A stretch of 64,000 nt of DNA. It comes from an uncultured Bacteroidales bacterium. GTDB taxonomy: Bacteria; Bacteroidota; Bacteroidia; Bacteroidales; UBA7960. Position 1 is the stretch's first letter, and the number at the start of each line of letters is the position of its first letter. Position numbers and translations under genes: made by a program. Positions 19,276 to 27,908 of this stretch are shown one piece after another. Below the pieces are notes generated by a model that had not been told where the DNA came from, made no database searches, and saw nothing but the letters and a program-made list of their open reading frames with translations. The stretch spans positions 2,755 to 66,754 of the forward strand of contig CAZRNU010000002.1 of assembly GCA_964601515.1 (NCBI GenBank). Reading direction: 5' to 3'.

Positions 19276-20594
19276 ATTTCAGGCTGAGTAAAATTCAAAT
19301 ATGTTATTTCATTTAACAAGGACTTGCAAAATAATGGCAAACTATTAAAATTTATATTTACACTAATGATTCCTAAATGAGGGTACTCTTTTCTTTCGTC
19401 ATTTATTATTCTTTTTATTTCATTTTCAATTTCAATTTTATTTAATGAGTTTAATTTCTCATCATAAAAATTGTTCACCAAACCCATCTCACGAAAGAAT
19501 TCCGGATGTAATACATTATAAATAAGCGTTATCAACTTTTTTGTTGCCGGGTAAACACCAAAATAGTACATACAATATCCTATAATGTATTCATTTAAGC
19601 ATGCAGTATAGGATTTATCCGAAGGTCTTGAGGTAAGCTTTGAATTCTCATCCAACTGCTTTAATATGAATTCATAAACTTGTTTGTGACTCGAGGCTTC
19701 AATTATTGAAAAAGTGTATTTATGCTTTACAAAACTATTTATCAAATCAGCAGAAGGAAGCTTCAAAACTTCATTCAAGTATACTTTAATAGAGTCGAGA
19801 CGTGCAGTTGATGAAAGGCTTTTTTGATTATATGAAATAAGGCTTTTATTCAATAATTGCTTAACTTCTCCTTCAGGTACTAATAAAAAATCTATTCTAA
19901 ACAACAATGTAAGCAGATAATACGAGATAATAACCAAATCTTTTTCCTGATCCATCTTCTCTATAATTGCTAAAGTATCAGAAATCCATAATTTCAAATA
20001 TTTAATTTTTACATTAGAAAACTTTTCAGTGGTTAATGGCGCATCAATATTAACATTTAAATCGAACTCCCTTATAAATGATTCGCTATCTGATGCAGAA
20101 TTCATTGCAACTTCTTTTAGTACGAAAAATAGTTTCTCAGGAGATGTCTCGCTAATTTTCGAATTTGATTTTAGAATAATTTCATTATTATTAATTGCAT
20201 AACTGCTATAATGAAAATTGTAATTTTTTGATAATATATATCTGAACAAAGAAGGACTAATTTGCTCATATCTGCCAATTCTGGCATAAATATTAATTTC
20301 ATCATCAATAATTTCAAGATGAACTTTTTGTATTCCCTGAAATATTTTATACTCTTTTTGATTGTTAAATTGGCTTGAAACTACATTTTGCTGAGTGGAA
20401 TCATTAAGATAATCCATCAGAACATCGACACTCTCTTTATATTTACCCTCATTATAAAGCCTAAGAGATTCATTGTATTTTCTATTTAAAGATGGTGACT
20501 TATTGCATGATAAGTATCTTCCAAATTCCACATCCGGCAATATCACTTTATCATCTGTAGAACTTTTCTTGAAAAACTTATTAAATAAAGCCAT
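19272..20594 (-). CDS. Conserved hypothetical protein with probable YbjN-like domain
   Basis: 440-aa ORF overlapping the protease start by 4 bp (ATGA coupling); EFGRY, IFQG, LFRYILSKNYNFHYSSYAI segment. Domain call by eye. Confidence 0.7.
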   Translation of the reverse strand: MALFNKFFKKSSTDDKVILPDVEFGRYLSCNKSPSLNRKYNESLRLYNEGKYKESVDVLMDYLNDSTQQNVVSSQFNNQKEYKIFQGIQKVHLEIIDDEINIYARIGRYEQISPSLFRYILSKNYNFHYSSYAINNNEIILKSNSKISETSPEKLFFVLKEVAMNSASDSESFIREFDLNVNIDAPLTTEKFSNVKIKYLKLWISDTLAIIEKMDQEKDLVIISYYLLTLLFRIDFLLVPEGEVKQLLNKSLISYNQKSLSSTARLDSIKVYLNEVLKLPSADLINSFVKHKYTFSIIEASSHKQVYEFILKQLDENSKLTSRPSDKSYTACLNEYIIGYCMYYFGVYPATKKLITLIYNVLHPEFFREMGLVNNFYDEKLNSLNKIEIENEIKRIINDERKEYPHLGIISVNINFNSLPLFCKSLLNEITYLNFTQPEI

Positions 20595-20633
20595 ATGATG
20601 AAATAAAAAGACCTTTAATTCGGTTGGGCTATT

Positions 20634-20750
20634 AAAAACCAGTTCCAGACAACACCGTGAATCCTAATTTATTGTTGAAAAACCTTTCAGCCTTTCTTAC
20701 ACCGTCATTCCAGGATTGAGTTGAATGGTGCTGCCTGGTTAATGGTTTTT
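20634..20750 (-). ncRNA. Candidate unassigned rod-shaped structured RNA or leader (~117 nt)
   Basis: Nested helices AAAAACCA/UGGUUUUU, CCAG/CUGG, GCAGCACC/GGUGUUGU, AAUCCUGG/UUAGGAUU, GAAAGGCU-GAAA-GGUUUUUC. G-U pairs form only on the - strand. Confidence 0.6.
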
Positions 20751-20767
20751 GGAAAAAAAGGATGATT

Positions 20768-20775
20768 CAAAGGTA
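20768..20775 (-). promoter_or_regulatory. -7 promoter box (TACCTTTG) upstream of the candidate RNA
   Basis: caaaggta on the + strand. Confidence 0.6.
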
Positions 20776-21012
20776 TAATATTTTGTTTAAATAAAAAAAA
20801 TGAAAAATAGAAAATATGTTTTGATGAAGATTATAAATTTACAAAACCTCAATAATATTTTTTTCTGACATAACCAAAAAATACAGATATAAAAAAAATA
20901 TTTTTTTTATATCACTTTGAGGAGATTTTTATTTACTTTTCGTATTGTAAAATAAGTCTTATGCTTAAAAAGATTTTTATTTCTGCTTTTTAAATAACGA
21001 AAAATTCATCAT

Positions 21013-21534
21013 ATGCGAATAAAAAGAATTCAAAACGAAGCAAATCCAGGTGATACTTTATTAGCTGCCGACCTTAGTTTGATGGACTCCTTAATAGCCA
21101 AATTCAAAGGAAAAAAGGGCAATCTAATCCCGTTGCTGCAAGGAACACAATCTTTATATGGATATATTCCAAAAGAAGCATTTCATAAACTCAATAAAGA
21201 GGCAGGCCTGGAGCTTAACGAAATGTATGGCGTTGCTACTTTTTACGCTCAATTCAGGCTTAGTCCTGTTGGAAAACACATAATCAGAATGTGTCATGGA
21301 ACAGCATGCCATGTACAAAATGTTACAGCCATTACAGAAGCATTACTAGATCATCTTGAAATAAAAGATGGAGAAACTACTACTGACAGGCTTTTCACTG
21401 TTGAAACTGTTGCATGCTTGGGCTGCTGTTCTCTTGCGCCGGTTATGATGATTGGTGAAGAAACATATGGCAAACTTACTCCAACGGAAGCAACAAAAAT
21501 TATTAAGGAAATAAAACGCAACGAATTAGGTTAA
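21013..21534 (+). CDS. NuoE/HydC-like [2Fe-2S] subunit (StnA-like)
   Basis: YGVATFYAQF, CHGTACHV, VACLGCCSLAP. Confidence 0.9.
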   Translation: MRIKRIQNEANPGDTLLAADLSLMDSLIAKFKGKKGNLIPLLQGTQSLYGYIPKEAFHKLNKEAGLELNEMYGVATFYAQFRLSPVGKHIIRMCHGTACHVQNVTAITEALLDHLEIKDGETTTDRLFTVETVACLGCCSLAPVMMIGEETYGKLTPTEATKIIKEIKRNELG

Positions 21535-21570
21535 CCCCTAAAAATTGACAATCATAAAACCAAACATAAA

Positions 21571-23349
21571 ATGAGTAAAACAACCATAATAGTTGGATTA
21601 GGCAGTTGCGGGTTAGCTGCAGGAGCCGGCAAAACCTACGATGAGATAAAACGAATAAAAGATGCTGACAGTCTTGACTTTGAATTAAAGAAAACAAGCT
21701 GTATCGGTATGTGTTTCCGCGAACCTCTCGTTGAAATAATCGACGACAGTGGAAGTTATCTTTATGGAAATGTTGATGTAACAAAGGTTGACGAAATTCT
21801 TGAAAAACATCTTAAAAACTTCTCTCCTATTCAAGAATATATAGTCAAATCTGACAAGTTCGATTCTCCTGATAAAGATTTTTTTGACGGACAAGTTAAG
21901 ATTGCTTTAAGAAATTGCGGACATATCGACCCTGAATCGATTGATGAATACGAGTCGAAAAATGGATATGCAGCTATAAGAAAAATTGCCTCTGAAAAAT
22001 TAAAACCTGAAGATGTTATACAAAAAGTATTGGATTCAGGTCTTAGAGGCAGAGGCGGCGGTGGTTTTGCCACAGGCATGAAGTGGAAGTTTGCATTTAA
22101 TAATAAAGCTCCTCAAAAATATGTAATTTGTAATGCAGACGAAGGTGACCCGGGTGCATTCATGGACAGATCATTACTTGAAGGCGATCCTCACAGCATA
22201 CTCGAAGGAATGATTATTTGCGGCTATTCTATTGGTGCTTCAGAAGGTTATATTTACTGCCGAGCCGAATATCCTTTAGCAATTAAGAGATTGAATATAG
22301 CAATTGAAAATGCAAGAAAAAAAGGCTATCTGGGTAAAAATATTTTCGGCATTGAGAATTTTAATTTTGATATAAAGATTAAAGAAGGTGCAGGAGCTTT
22401 CGTTTGTGGTGAAGAAACAGCTTTGATTGCTTCTATTGAAGGAGAAAGAGGGATGCCTCGACGCCGACCTCCGTTTCCTGCTGAATCAGGTTTGTGGAAA
22501 AGCCCTACAAACATTAACAATGTTGAAACTTTTGCTAATATTCCTTGGATAGTATTCAACGGTCCTGAAAAGTATAATCAATACGGCACTGAAAAGAGTA
22601 AAGGCACAAAAGTGTTTGCACTTACAGGCAAAATAAAACACGGTGGATTGGTTGAGGTTCCTATGGGAATTTCTATTAAGGATATTATATACAAACTTGG
22701 AGGCGGTATACAAGGCGGAAAGAAATTCAAGGCAGTGCAGCTTGGCGGACCTTCAGGCGGATGTATTCCGGAGTATTTATCTCATACTCCTATAGACTAC
22801 GATTCAGTAAATGCAACAGGTGCAATTATGGGCTCGGGTGGTATGGTTGTGATGGATGAAACTACATGTGTGGTGGATATTGCAAGGTTTTTTCTTGATT
22901 TTACTCAGAAAGAATCTTGCGGAAAATGCACATTCTGTAGAATTGGCACTAAAAGAATGCTTGAAATTTTAACCAGAATAACAAAAGGAGAAGGTAAAGA
23001 AGGTGATATCGAGACATTAGAAGGGCTTTCACATTCTATAAAAGACAGTTCACTTTGCGGACTTGGTCAAACTGCACCAAACCCTGTATTAACTACAATT
23101 AAATACTTCAAAGATGAATATGAAGCACATATAAGAGACAAAAAATGCCCTGCATTAAAATGTAAGGAATTAATAACCTACGATGTTATTCCGGAAAATT
23201 GCACCGGATGTACGGTATGTGCTAAAGGATGCCCTGTAAATGCAATTTCAGGAGAAAGAAAGCAATTACACGTTATAGATCATGATTTATGCACCAGATG
23301 TGGAGTGTGCTTTACAAAATGCAAATTCAATGCAATAAAACTTAGCTAA
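21571..23349 (+). CDS. NuoF/HydB-like FMN/NADH subunit with N-terminal [2Fe-2S] and C-terminal 2x[4Fe-4S] (StnB-like)
   Basis: CIGMCFREP, GLRGRGGGGF, CNADEGDPGAFMDR, ESCGKCTFCRIG, CTGCTVCAKGC, CTRCGVCFTKC. Confidence 0.92.
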   Translation: MSKTTIIVGLGSCGLAAGAGKTYDEIKRIKDADSLDFELKKTSCIGMCFREPLVEIIDDSGSYLYGNVDVTKVDEILEKHLKNFSPIQEYIVKSDKFDSPDKDFFDGQVKIALRNCGHIDPESIDEYESKNGYAAIRKIASEKLKPEDVIQKVLDSGLRGRGGGGFATGMKWKFAFNNKAPQKYVICNADEGDPGAFMDRSLLEGDPHSILEGMIICGYSIGASEGYIYCRAEYPLAIKRLNIAIENARKKGYLGKNIFGIENFNFDIKIKEGAGAFVCGEETALIASIEGERGMPRRRPPFPAESGLWKSPTNINNVETFANIPWIVFNGPEKYNQYGTEKSKGTKVFALTGKIKHGGLVEVPMGISIKDIIYKLGGGIQGGKKFKAVQLGGPSGGCIPEYLSHTPIDYDSVNATGAIMGSGGMVVMDETTCVVDIARFFLDFTQKESCGKCTFCRIGTKRMLEILTRITKGEGKEGDIETLEGLSHSIKDSSLCGLGQTAPNPVLTTIKYFKDEYEAHIRDKKCPALKCKELITYDVIPENCTGCTVCAKGCPVNAISGERKQLHVIDHDLCTRCGVCFTKCKFNAIKLS

Positions 23350-23373
23350 AAACAAAAATACACTATCATAAAG

Positions 23374-26300
23374 ATGGAAAAACTCAACATAATTATAAAC
23401 GGAAAAATAGCAGAAGGCTTCAAGGGAGAAACTATTTTGCAAACAGCAAACCGTTACGGTATAGAAATTCCTACATTATGCAACGACGAGAGGCTTCAGC
23501 CATTTTCGTCGTGCTTCGTGTGTGTAGTGGAAGTTGAAGGCATGAGAGGATTACAACCGGCATGTTCTACCAAAATAACCGAAGGGATGAACATAAATAC
23601 TAATAACGAAAGAGTAACTAATTCAAGAAAATTTGCTCTTGAACTAATTGCAAGCAATCACTATGCTGATTGTGCCGCACCCTGCAAAGAAAGATGTCCT
23701 GCCGGCGTCGATGTGCAAGGTTATATTGCACTGATAAATCAGGGATTATATAGTGAAGCTGTTGAACTTATAAAGAAAGTAAACCCATTACCTGCTGTTT
23801 GCGGAAGAGTTTGTGTTAGACCATGCGAAGTTGCATGCAGAAGAAATCTTCTCGAAGGCGTTGGTGTTGGCATTGATTATCTTAAGAGATATACATCAGA
23901 CAAAGATATTCAATCAAAAAATCCATTTCGACCTGAATTAAAAAAATCAACAGGAAAAAAAGTTGCAGTAATTGGCGCCGGACCGGGTGGACTCACTGCT
24001 GCATATTATCTGCAAATTGAAGGTCATTCAGTTGAGATTTTTGAAGCCAGTCCAAATCCGGGTGGTATGCTTAGATACGGGATTCCACCTTACAGACTCC
24101 CAAATGACGTTATTGATGCCGAAGTAAAAGCAATAACTGATATCGGAGTAAAAATACATTACAACCAAAAATTGGGCGACAATGTTTCATATAAAGACCT
24201 CAAAAACAAATTCGACAGTGTTGTTTTGGCTATTGGATCCCAAAGTGGAACAAGCATAGGTTGCGAAAATGATGACGCAGGAAATATTTTTTCAGGTATA
24301 GACTTCCTTAGAAATATGGAAATGACCGGTCAAAAGTATGATTTCACAGGGAAAAAGGTTGGAGTTATCGGAGGTGGTAACACGGCAATGGATTGCTGTA
24401 GAACAGCTATGCGTTGTGGTGCATCGGAAATATATGTTCTTTACAGAAGAACAGAAAAAGAAATGCCGGCAAACCCTATTGAAATTCATGAATCAAAACT
24501 TGAAGGAATAAATTATATGTTTCTGACTGCTCCTGCTAAAGTTGTAAAAGATGCCAAAGGAGATTTGAAATCATTACTTTGCTATAAAATGGAACTTGGA
24601 GAACCGGATGCTTCAGGTAGAAGACGTCCTGTAAAAGTTGAAGGAAGCGACTTTGAAGTTGAACTTGACTATATCCTTGCTGCTATCGGGCAAAAAACTG
24701 TTGTTAACTTCATTAATGACATCAACCTGAATTCTGATCAAGAATTAATTATTAATAAATGGGGCGATATTGATGCAAATCCAAAAACTCTGCAAACCTC
24801 TGTAAAACATATTTTTGCATGTGGCGACGGAGTAACAGGACCTGCAACACTTATTGAAGCTATAGCTCAGGGAAAACTTGCTGCTCAAAGCTGTAATAAA
24901 TTCCTGCTAGGAATGAATGTAACCCCACCTGAAAAAGAATTTTTAAGCAAGAAAGAAAATTTTATAAAGCAAGAAAAACAACATTATCATGGTCATTATG
25001 CCTCTCAAGAAAGAGAAGAGATGCCAACACTTGACCCCAAAAAGAGAAACAACTTTGAAGAAGTTGAACTCGGCTATTCCGATAAGCAAGCATATAATGA
25101 AACATTAAGATGTCTGGAGTGCGGTTGTGTGGAATATTACAGCTGCGATTTAAAAAAATATTCAACTGAATATAATGTTGAGCAAACTCATTTTGCAGGA
25201 GATTTCAAAAAACATAATGTGGACTTTTCTCACCCATATATAGAAATAGACAACAACAAATGTATTCTTTGTGGTAGATGTGTAAGAATTTGCAGGGAAG
25301 TTGTCGGAGCAAATGCACTTGGATTTATAAACAGAGGCTTTGAAACTTTTGTCGCACCAAGTTTAAATGCAAAACTTTCTGATACTAATTGCGAATCATG
25401 TGGTATGTGTATTTCTACATGCCCTACTGCTGCTTTATCTGAAAATGTTCCTTTCAAACCTGGACCTTTAAAAACTGAAGAAATAAACACTATATGCAAT
25501 TATTGCTCTATTGGTTGCGAAATTATACTTAACCATAAATCAGGCTTTTTTACTAAAACTGATGGTGCAAAAGGCTTGATAAATAAAGATGGAAATATTT
25601 GTAAATATGGACGATTTGGATACAGACATTTAAACGATAAAAAAAGGATTATTAAGCCTCTGTTGAATAAAAACGGGAAGTTTGAGGAAATCTCATTTAG
25701 CGAAGCTTATCAGCTAATTACTGAAAAGATTAAAAAATCAAATGCCGAGGAAAATGCATTTTACTCAGGAGCTAGACTTTGTAATGAAGAAATATATATG
25801 ATTCAGAAACTAGCCAGAGCAGGTGCTAAAACAAATAATGTTTTTTCGTTTCATTACATGGGAAGAGAAAAAGCTTTTTCTGAAAACAGCAATTTCAATG
25901 TTTCTTTTGATAATTTAAAGCATGTTTCTCAATACTTTATTTTAGGTTCTGAGTTAAATCATGAAAATGGAGTAGTTGGGTTTATTATATCAAATGAGAA
26001 ATACAACAATCATAAGCCTGTTTATCTTATTACAGAAAAACAGCAAAGCACAATGACGCACAAGGCCGATTCTGAGCTTATAATAAATTCATACTATAAT
26101 TTCATTAAAGCTGCAAATCATTATATAATATCTAACAAGCTTGAAAATAGCGTGTTTATTAAAGATCATTCGGTTGGTTTTGAAAGTTATAAAGCTACTT
26201 TACTAAAAGAAAAGTTTGAAGATATAGTTAAGAAAGCAGGCTGTAGTGAAAATGACATTAAAACTTTTGTTGAACAATACAACAAAGAACATAAATCGGT

Positions 26301-27069
26301 TATTGTATTTGCCGAGAAAAACGTTTCTCCCGAAACATGCTTTGAATTGCAGAATTTATCGATGCTAACAGGGAAAAAAGGCAAGATTGGTGCAGGAATA
26401 CTATCTCTAAAAGAGAAAAATAATTCGCAGGGTTTATTCGACATGGGAGCGTTTCCGGGCATTATTCCGGGTGGTTTAAACATAAAAGAAGATAAAGCAT
26501 TAGAAGTATTATCATCAACATGGGATGTTAATGGGTTATCAAATTCCATTGCAGAAGACTCTTACAATCTATTTTCAAGCGGGCGAATAAAAAACATGTT
26601 TATTTTTGGTGAAGACCCTGTTGGGTGCAGTATAAATAAAAATATGATTTTGGATGCTATAAAAAAATCAGATTTTGTTGTTGTTCAAGATTTTTACATG
26701 AGTGAAACTGCTGAGTTGGCAACATTAATTTTACCTGCAACTATGAATTTTGAAACAGGAGGAAGTTATACAAATACTTGGAAATACATACAGCAATTTG
26801 AAAAATCAATAAATTATAAAGTTGAACAATCAAGTTTTGAACAACTAGTAGAGCTGCACAACAGATTAGGAGTTAACAATAAAATAAATAATCCCGCAGA
26901 TGCATTGATTGAAGCAATGAGCATAGTTGAAAAACTAAATGTATTAAATGAGAAACCTTCAGTATTTAACAGCACTGAAGATAAAGCCTGCTCAATGCTA
27001 TTTAAACACGGTTGCGATATATTAGTTAAGAGATTTGATGAAGAATTTGAAAGCTCTTTAAACAATTAG
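23374..27069 (+). CDS. Large fused subunit: NuoG-like [2Fe-2S], GltD/NfnB-like FAD-NADPH domain, Fe-S array and Mo-free molybdopterin-oxidoreductase fold (StnC-like)
   Basis: CFVCVVEV...PAC; CAAPCKERCP, CGRVCVRPC; GAGPGG, YGIPPYRLP, GGGNTAMDC, YRRT; CILCGRCVRIC, CESCGMCISTC, CNYCSIGC; GARLCNEE where the Mo-ligand segment would be. Confidence 0.85.
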   Translation: MEKLNIIINGKIAEGFKGETILQTANRYGIEIPTLCNDERLQPFSSCFVCVVEVEGMRGLQPACSTKITEGMNINTNNERVTNSRKFALELIASNHYADCAAPCKERCPAGVDVQGYIALINQGLYSEAVELIKKVNPLPAVCGRVCVRPCEVACRRNLLEGVGVGIDYLKRYTSDKDIQSKNPFRPELKKSTGKKVAVIGAGPGGLTAAYYLQIEGHSVEIFEASPNPGGMLRYGIPPYRLPNDVIDAEVKAITDIGVKIHYNQKLGDNVSYKDLKNKFDSVVLAIGSQSGTSIGCENDDAGNIFSGIDFLRNMEMTGQKYDFTGKKVGVIGGGNTAMDCCRTAMRCGASEIYVLYRRTEKEMPANPIEIHESKLEGINYMFLTAPAKVVKDAKGDLKSLLCYKMELGEPDASGRRRPVKVEGSDFEVELDYILAAIGQKTVVNFINDINLNSDQELIINKWGDIDANPKTLQTSVKHIFACGDGVTGPATLIEAIAQGKLAAQSCNKFLLGMNVTPPEKEFLSKKENFIKQEKQHYHGHYASQEREEMPTLDPKKRNNFEEVELGYSDKQAYNETLRCLECGCVEYYSCDLKKYSTEYNVEQTHFAGDFKKHNVDFSHPYIEIDNNKCILCGRCVRICREVVGANALGFINRGFETFVAPSLNAKLSDTNCESCGMCISTCPTAALSENVPFKPGPLKTEEINTICNYCSIGCEIILNHKSGFFTKTDGAKGLINKDGNICKYGRFGYRHLNDKKRIIKPLLNKNGKFEEISFSEAYQLITEKIKKSNAEENAFYSGARLCNEEIYMIQKLARAGAKTNNVFSFHYMGREKAFSENSNFNVSFDNLKHVSQYFILGSELNHENGVVGFIISNEKYNNHKPVYLITEKQQSTMTHKADSELIINSYYNFIKAANHYIISNKLENSVFIKDHSVGFESYKATLLKEKFEDIVKKAGCSENDIKTFVEQYNKEHKSVIVFAEKNVSPETCFELQNLSMLTGKKGKIGAGILSLKEKNNSQGLFDMGAFPGIIPGGLNIKEDKALEVLSSTWDVNGLSNSIAEDSYNLFSSGRIKNMFIFGEDPVGCSINKNMILDAIKKSDFVVVQDFYMSETAELATLILPATMNFETGGSYTNTWKYIQQFEKSINYKVEQSSFEQLVELHNRLGVNNKINNPADALIEAMSIVEKLNVLNEKPSVFNSTEDKACSMLFKHGCDILVKRFDEEFESSLNN

Positions 27070-27118
27070 TATTAAACAGGTAATTTGGGTAAATAAAAAA
27101 AAACAAAAACATAAAAAC

Positions 27119-27574
27119 ATGAAAGCATTTGAAAACATAGATGAAGTATTGGATTTTGCAATGAATGCAGAACAAGAAGCTGTTGATTTTTACACTCAAT
27201 TGGCATCAGTAATGAACAACCCCCAGATGAAGGAAACATTTTTAGAGTTTGCTAAAGAGGAGATAAAGCATAAAGCCAGATTAAAAAAGATTAAGGAAGA
27301 AAAGGTTTTTGACCAAAACCCTGAAAAAGTTGCAGATTTAAAAATTGCTGATTATACCGTAAATGTAACCCCAAGTCCCGACATGAACTATGCCGACGCA
27401 CTTGTTTTAGCAATGAAGAAGGAGAAGGCTGCCTTCAGATTATATTACGCATTAGCAGAAAGAACCACAAATCCTGAACTTAAAAAGGTGTTTGAAGAGC
27501 TTGCAATAGAAGAATCAAAGCATAAACTTAAGTTTGAACTCGAATACGACGAACATGTACTGAGAGATAATTAA
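27119..27574 (+). CDS. Rubrerythrin-like ferritin family di-iron protein
   Basis: EQEAVDFY...EEIKH and EKAAFRLY...EESKH. Confidence 0.9.
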   Translation: MKAFENIDEVLDFAMNAEQEAVDFYTQLASVMNNPQMKETFLEFAKEEIKHKARLKKIKEEKVFDQNPEKVADLKIADYTVNVTPSPDMNYADALVLAMKKEKAAFRLYYALAERTTNPELKKVFEELAIEESKHKLKFELEYDEHVLRDN

Positions 27575-27582
27575 ACAAAACC

Positions 27583-27892
27583 CTCCATGAACCTCTGTTC
27601 TCTCCGTGCCTCCGTGGTAAAAAAACCCCGTGAAAAAACCGGATATTTATTCAATCCATAAAAGACTTATCCGCTACAGTGAAGGTTTTTCAATCCTGAA
27701 AATTTGAATAAAAAACAATCTGATTTCCCAGCTTCTTTGCGTAACTCTGCGCAACCTCAGCGTAACTTAGCGTAATAACCTAAAGCTATACGCAGAGAAC
27801 CGCAAAGAATCCGCAAAGGCTCGCAATGGAATTATAACAATCTTTTCAATCCCTTCAATCCACCGGATATCTCGCTTACGCTCGATATGACA
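27583..27892. repeat. Mosaic of short tandem and inverted repeats (9-11 bp units) plus a REP-like hairpin
   Basis: CTCyRTG-like x4 at 27583-27618; CTyTGCGyAA-like x4 at 27735-27775 facing inverted copies at 27789-27826; TTCAATCC x4; GGATATCTCGCTTACGCTCGATATGACA at 27865-27892. Confidence 0.75.
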
Positions 27893-27908
27893 GCAGTTTC
27901 CCGCCGAA

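Noticed and set aside
20634-20750. SRP (4.5S) RNA identity for the rod-shaped RNA
   Set aside because: Size fits, but the conserved CAGG-UCC-GRAA-GGA-AGCA helix 8 is absent on both strands.
21013-23349. Respiratory complex I nuoEF
   Set aside because: No other nuo genes are adjacent, and the extra Fe-S domains are HydB-type.
23374-27069. Formate dehydrogenase or [FeFe]-hydrogenase catalytic subunit
   Set aside because: No H-cluster motifs; the Mo-ligand region reads GARLCNEE (NuoG-like); no Sec codon; the C-terminal molybdopterin-binding domain is not evident.
2717-27826. Tandem repeats as possible CRISPR arrays
   Set aside because: Units are 6-11 bp with no unique spacers, and no cas genes are present.
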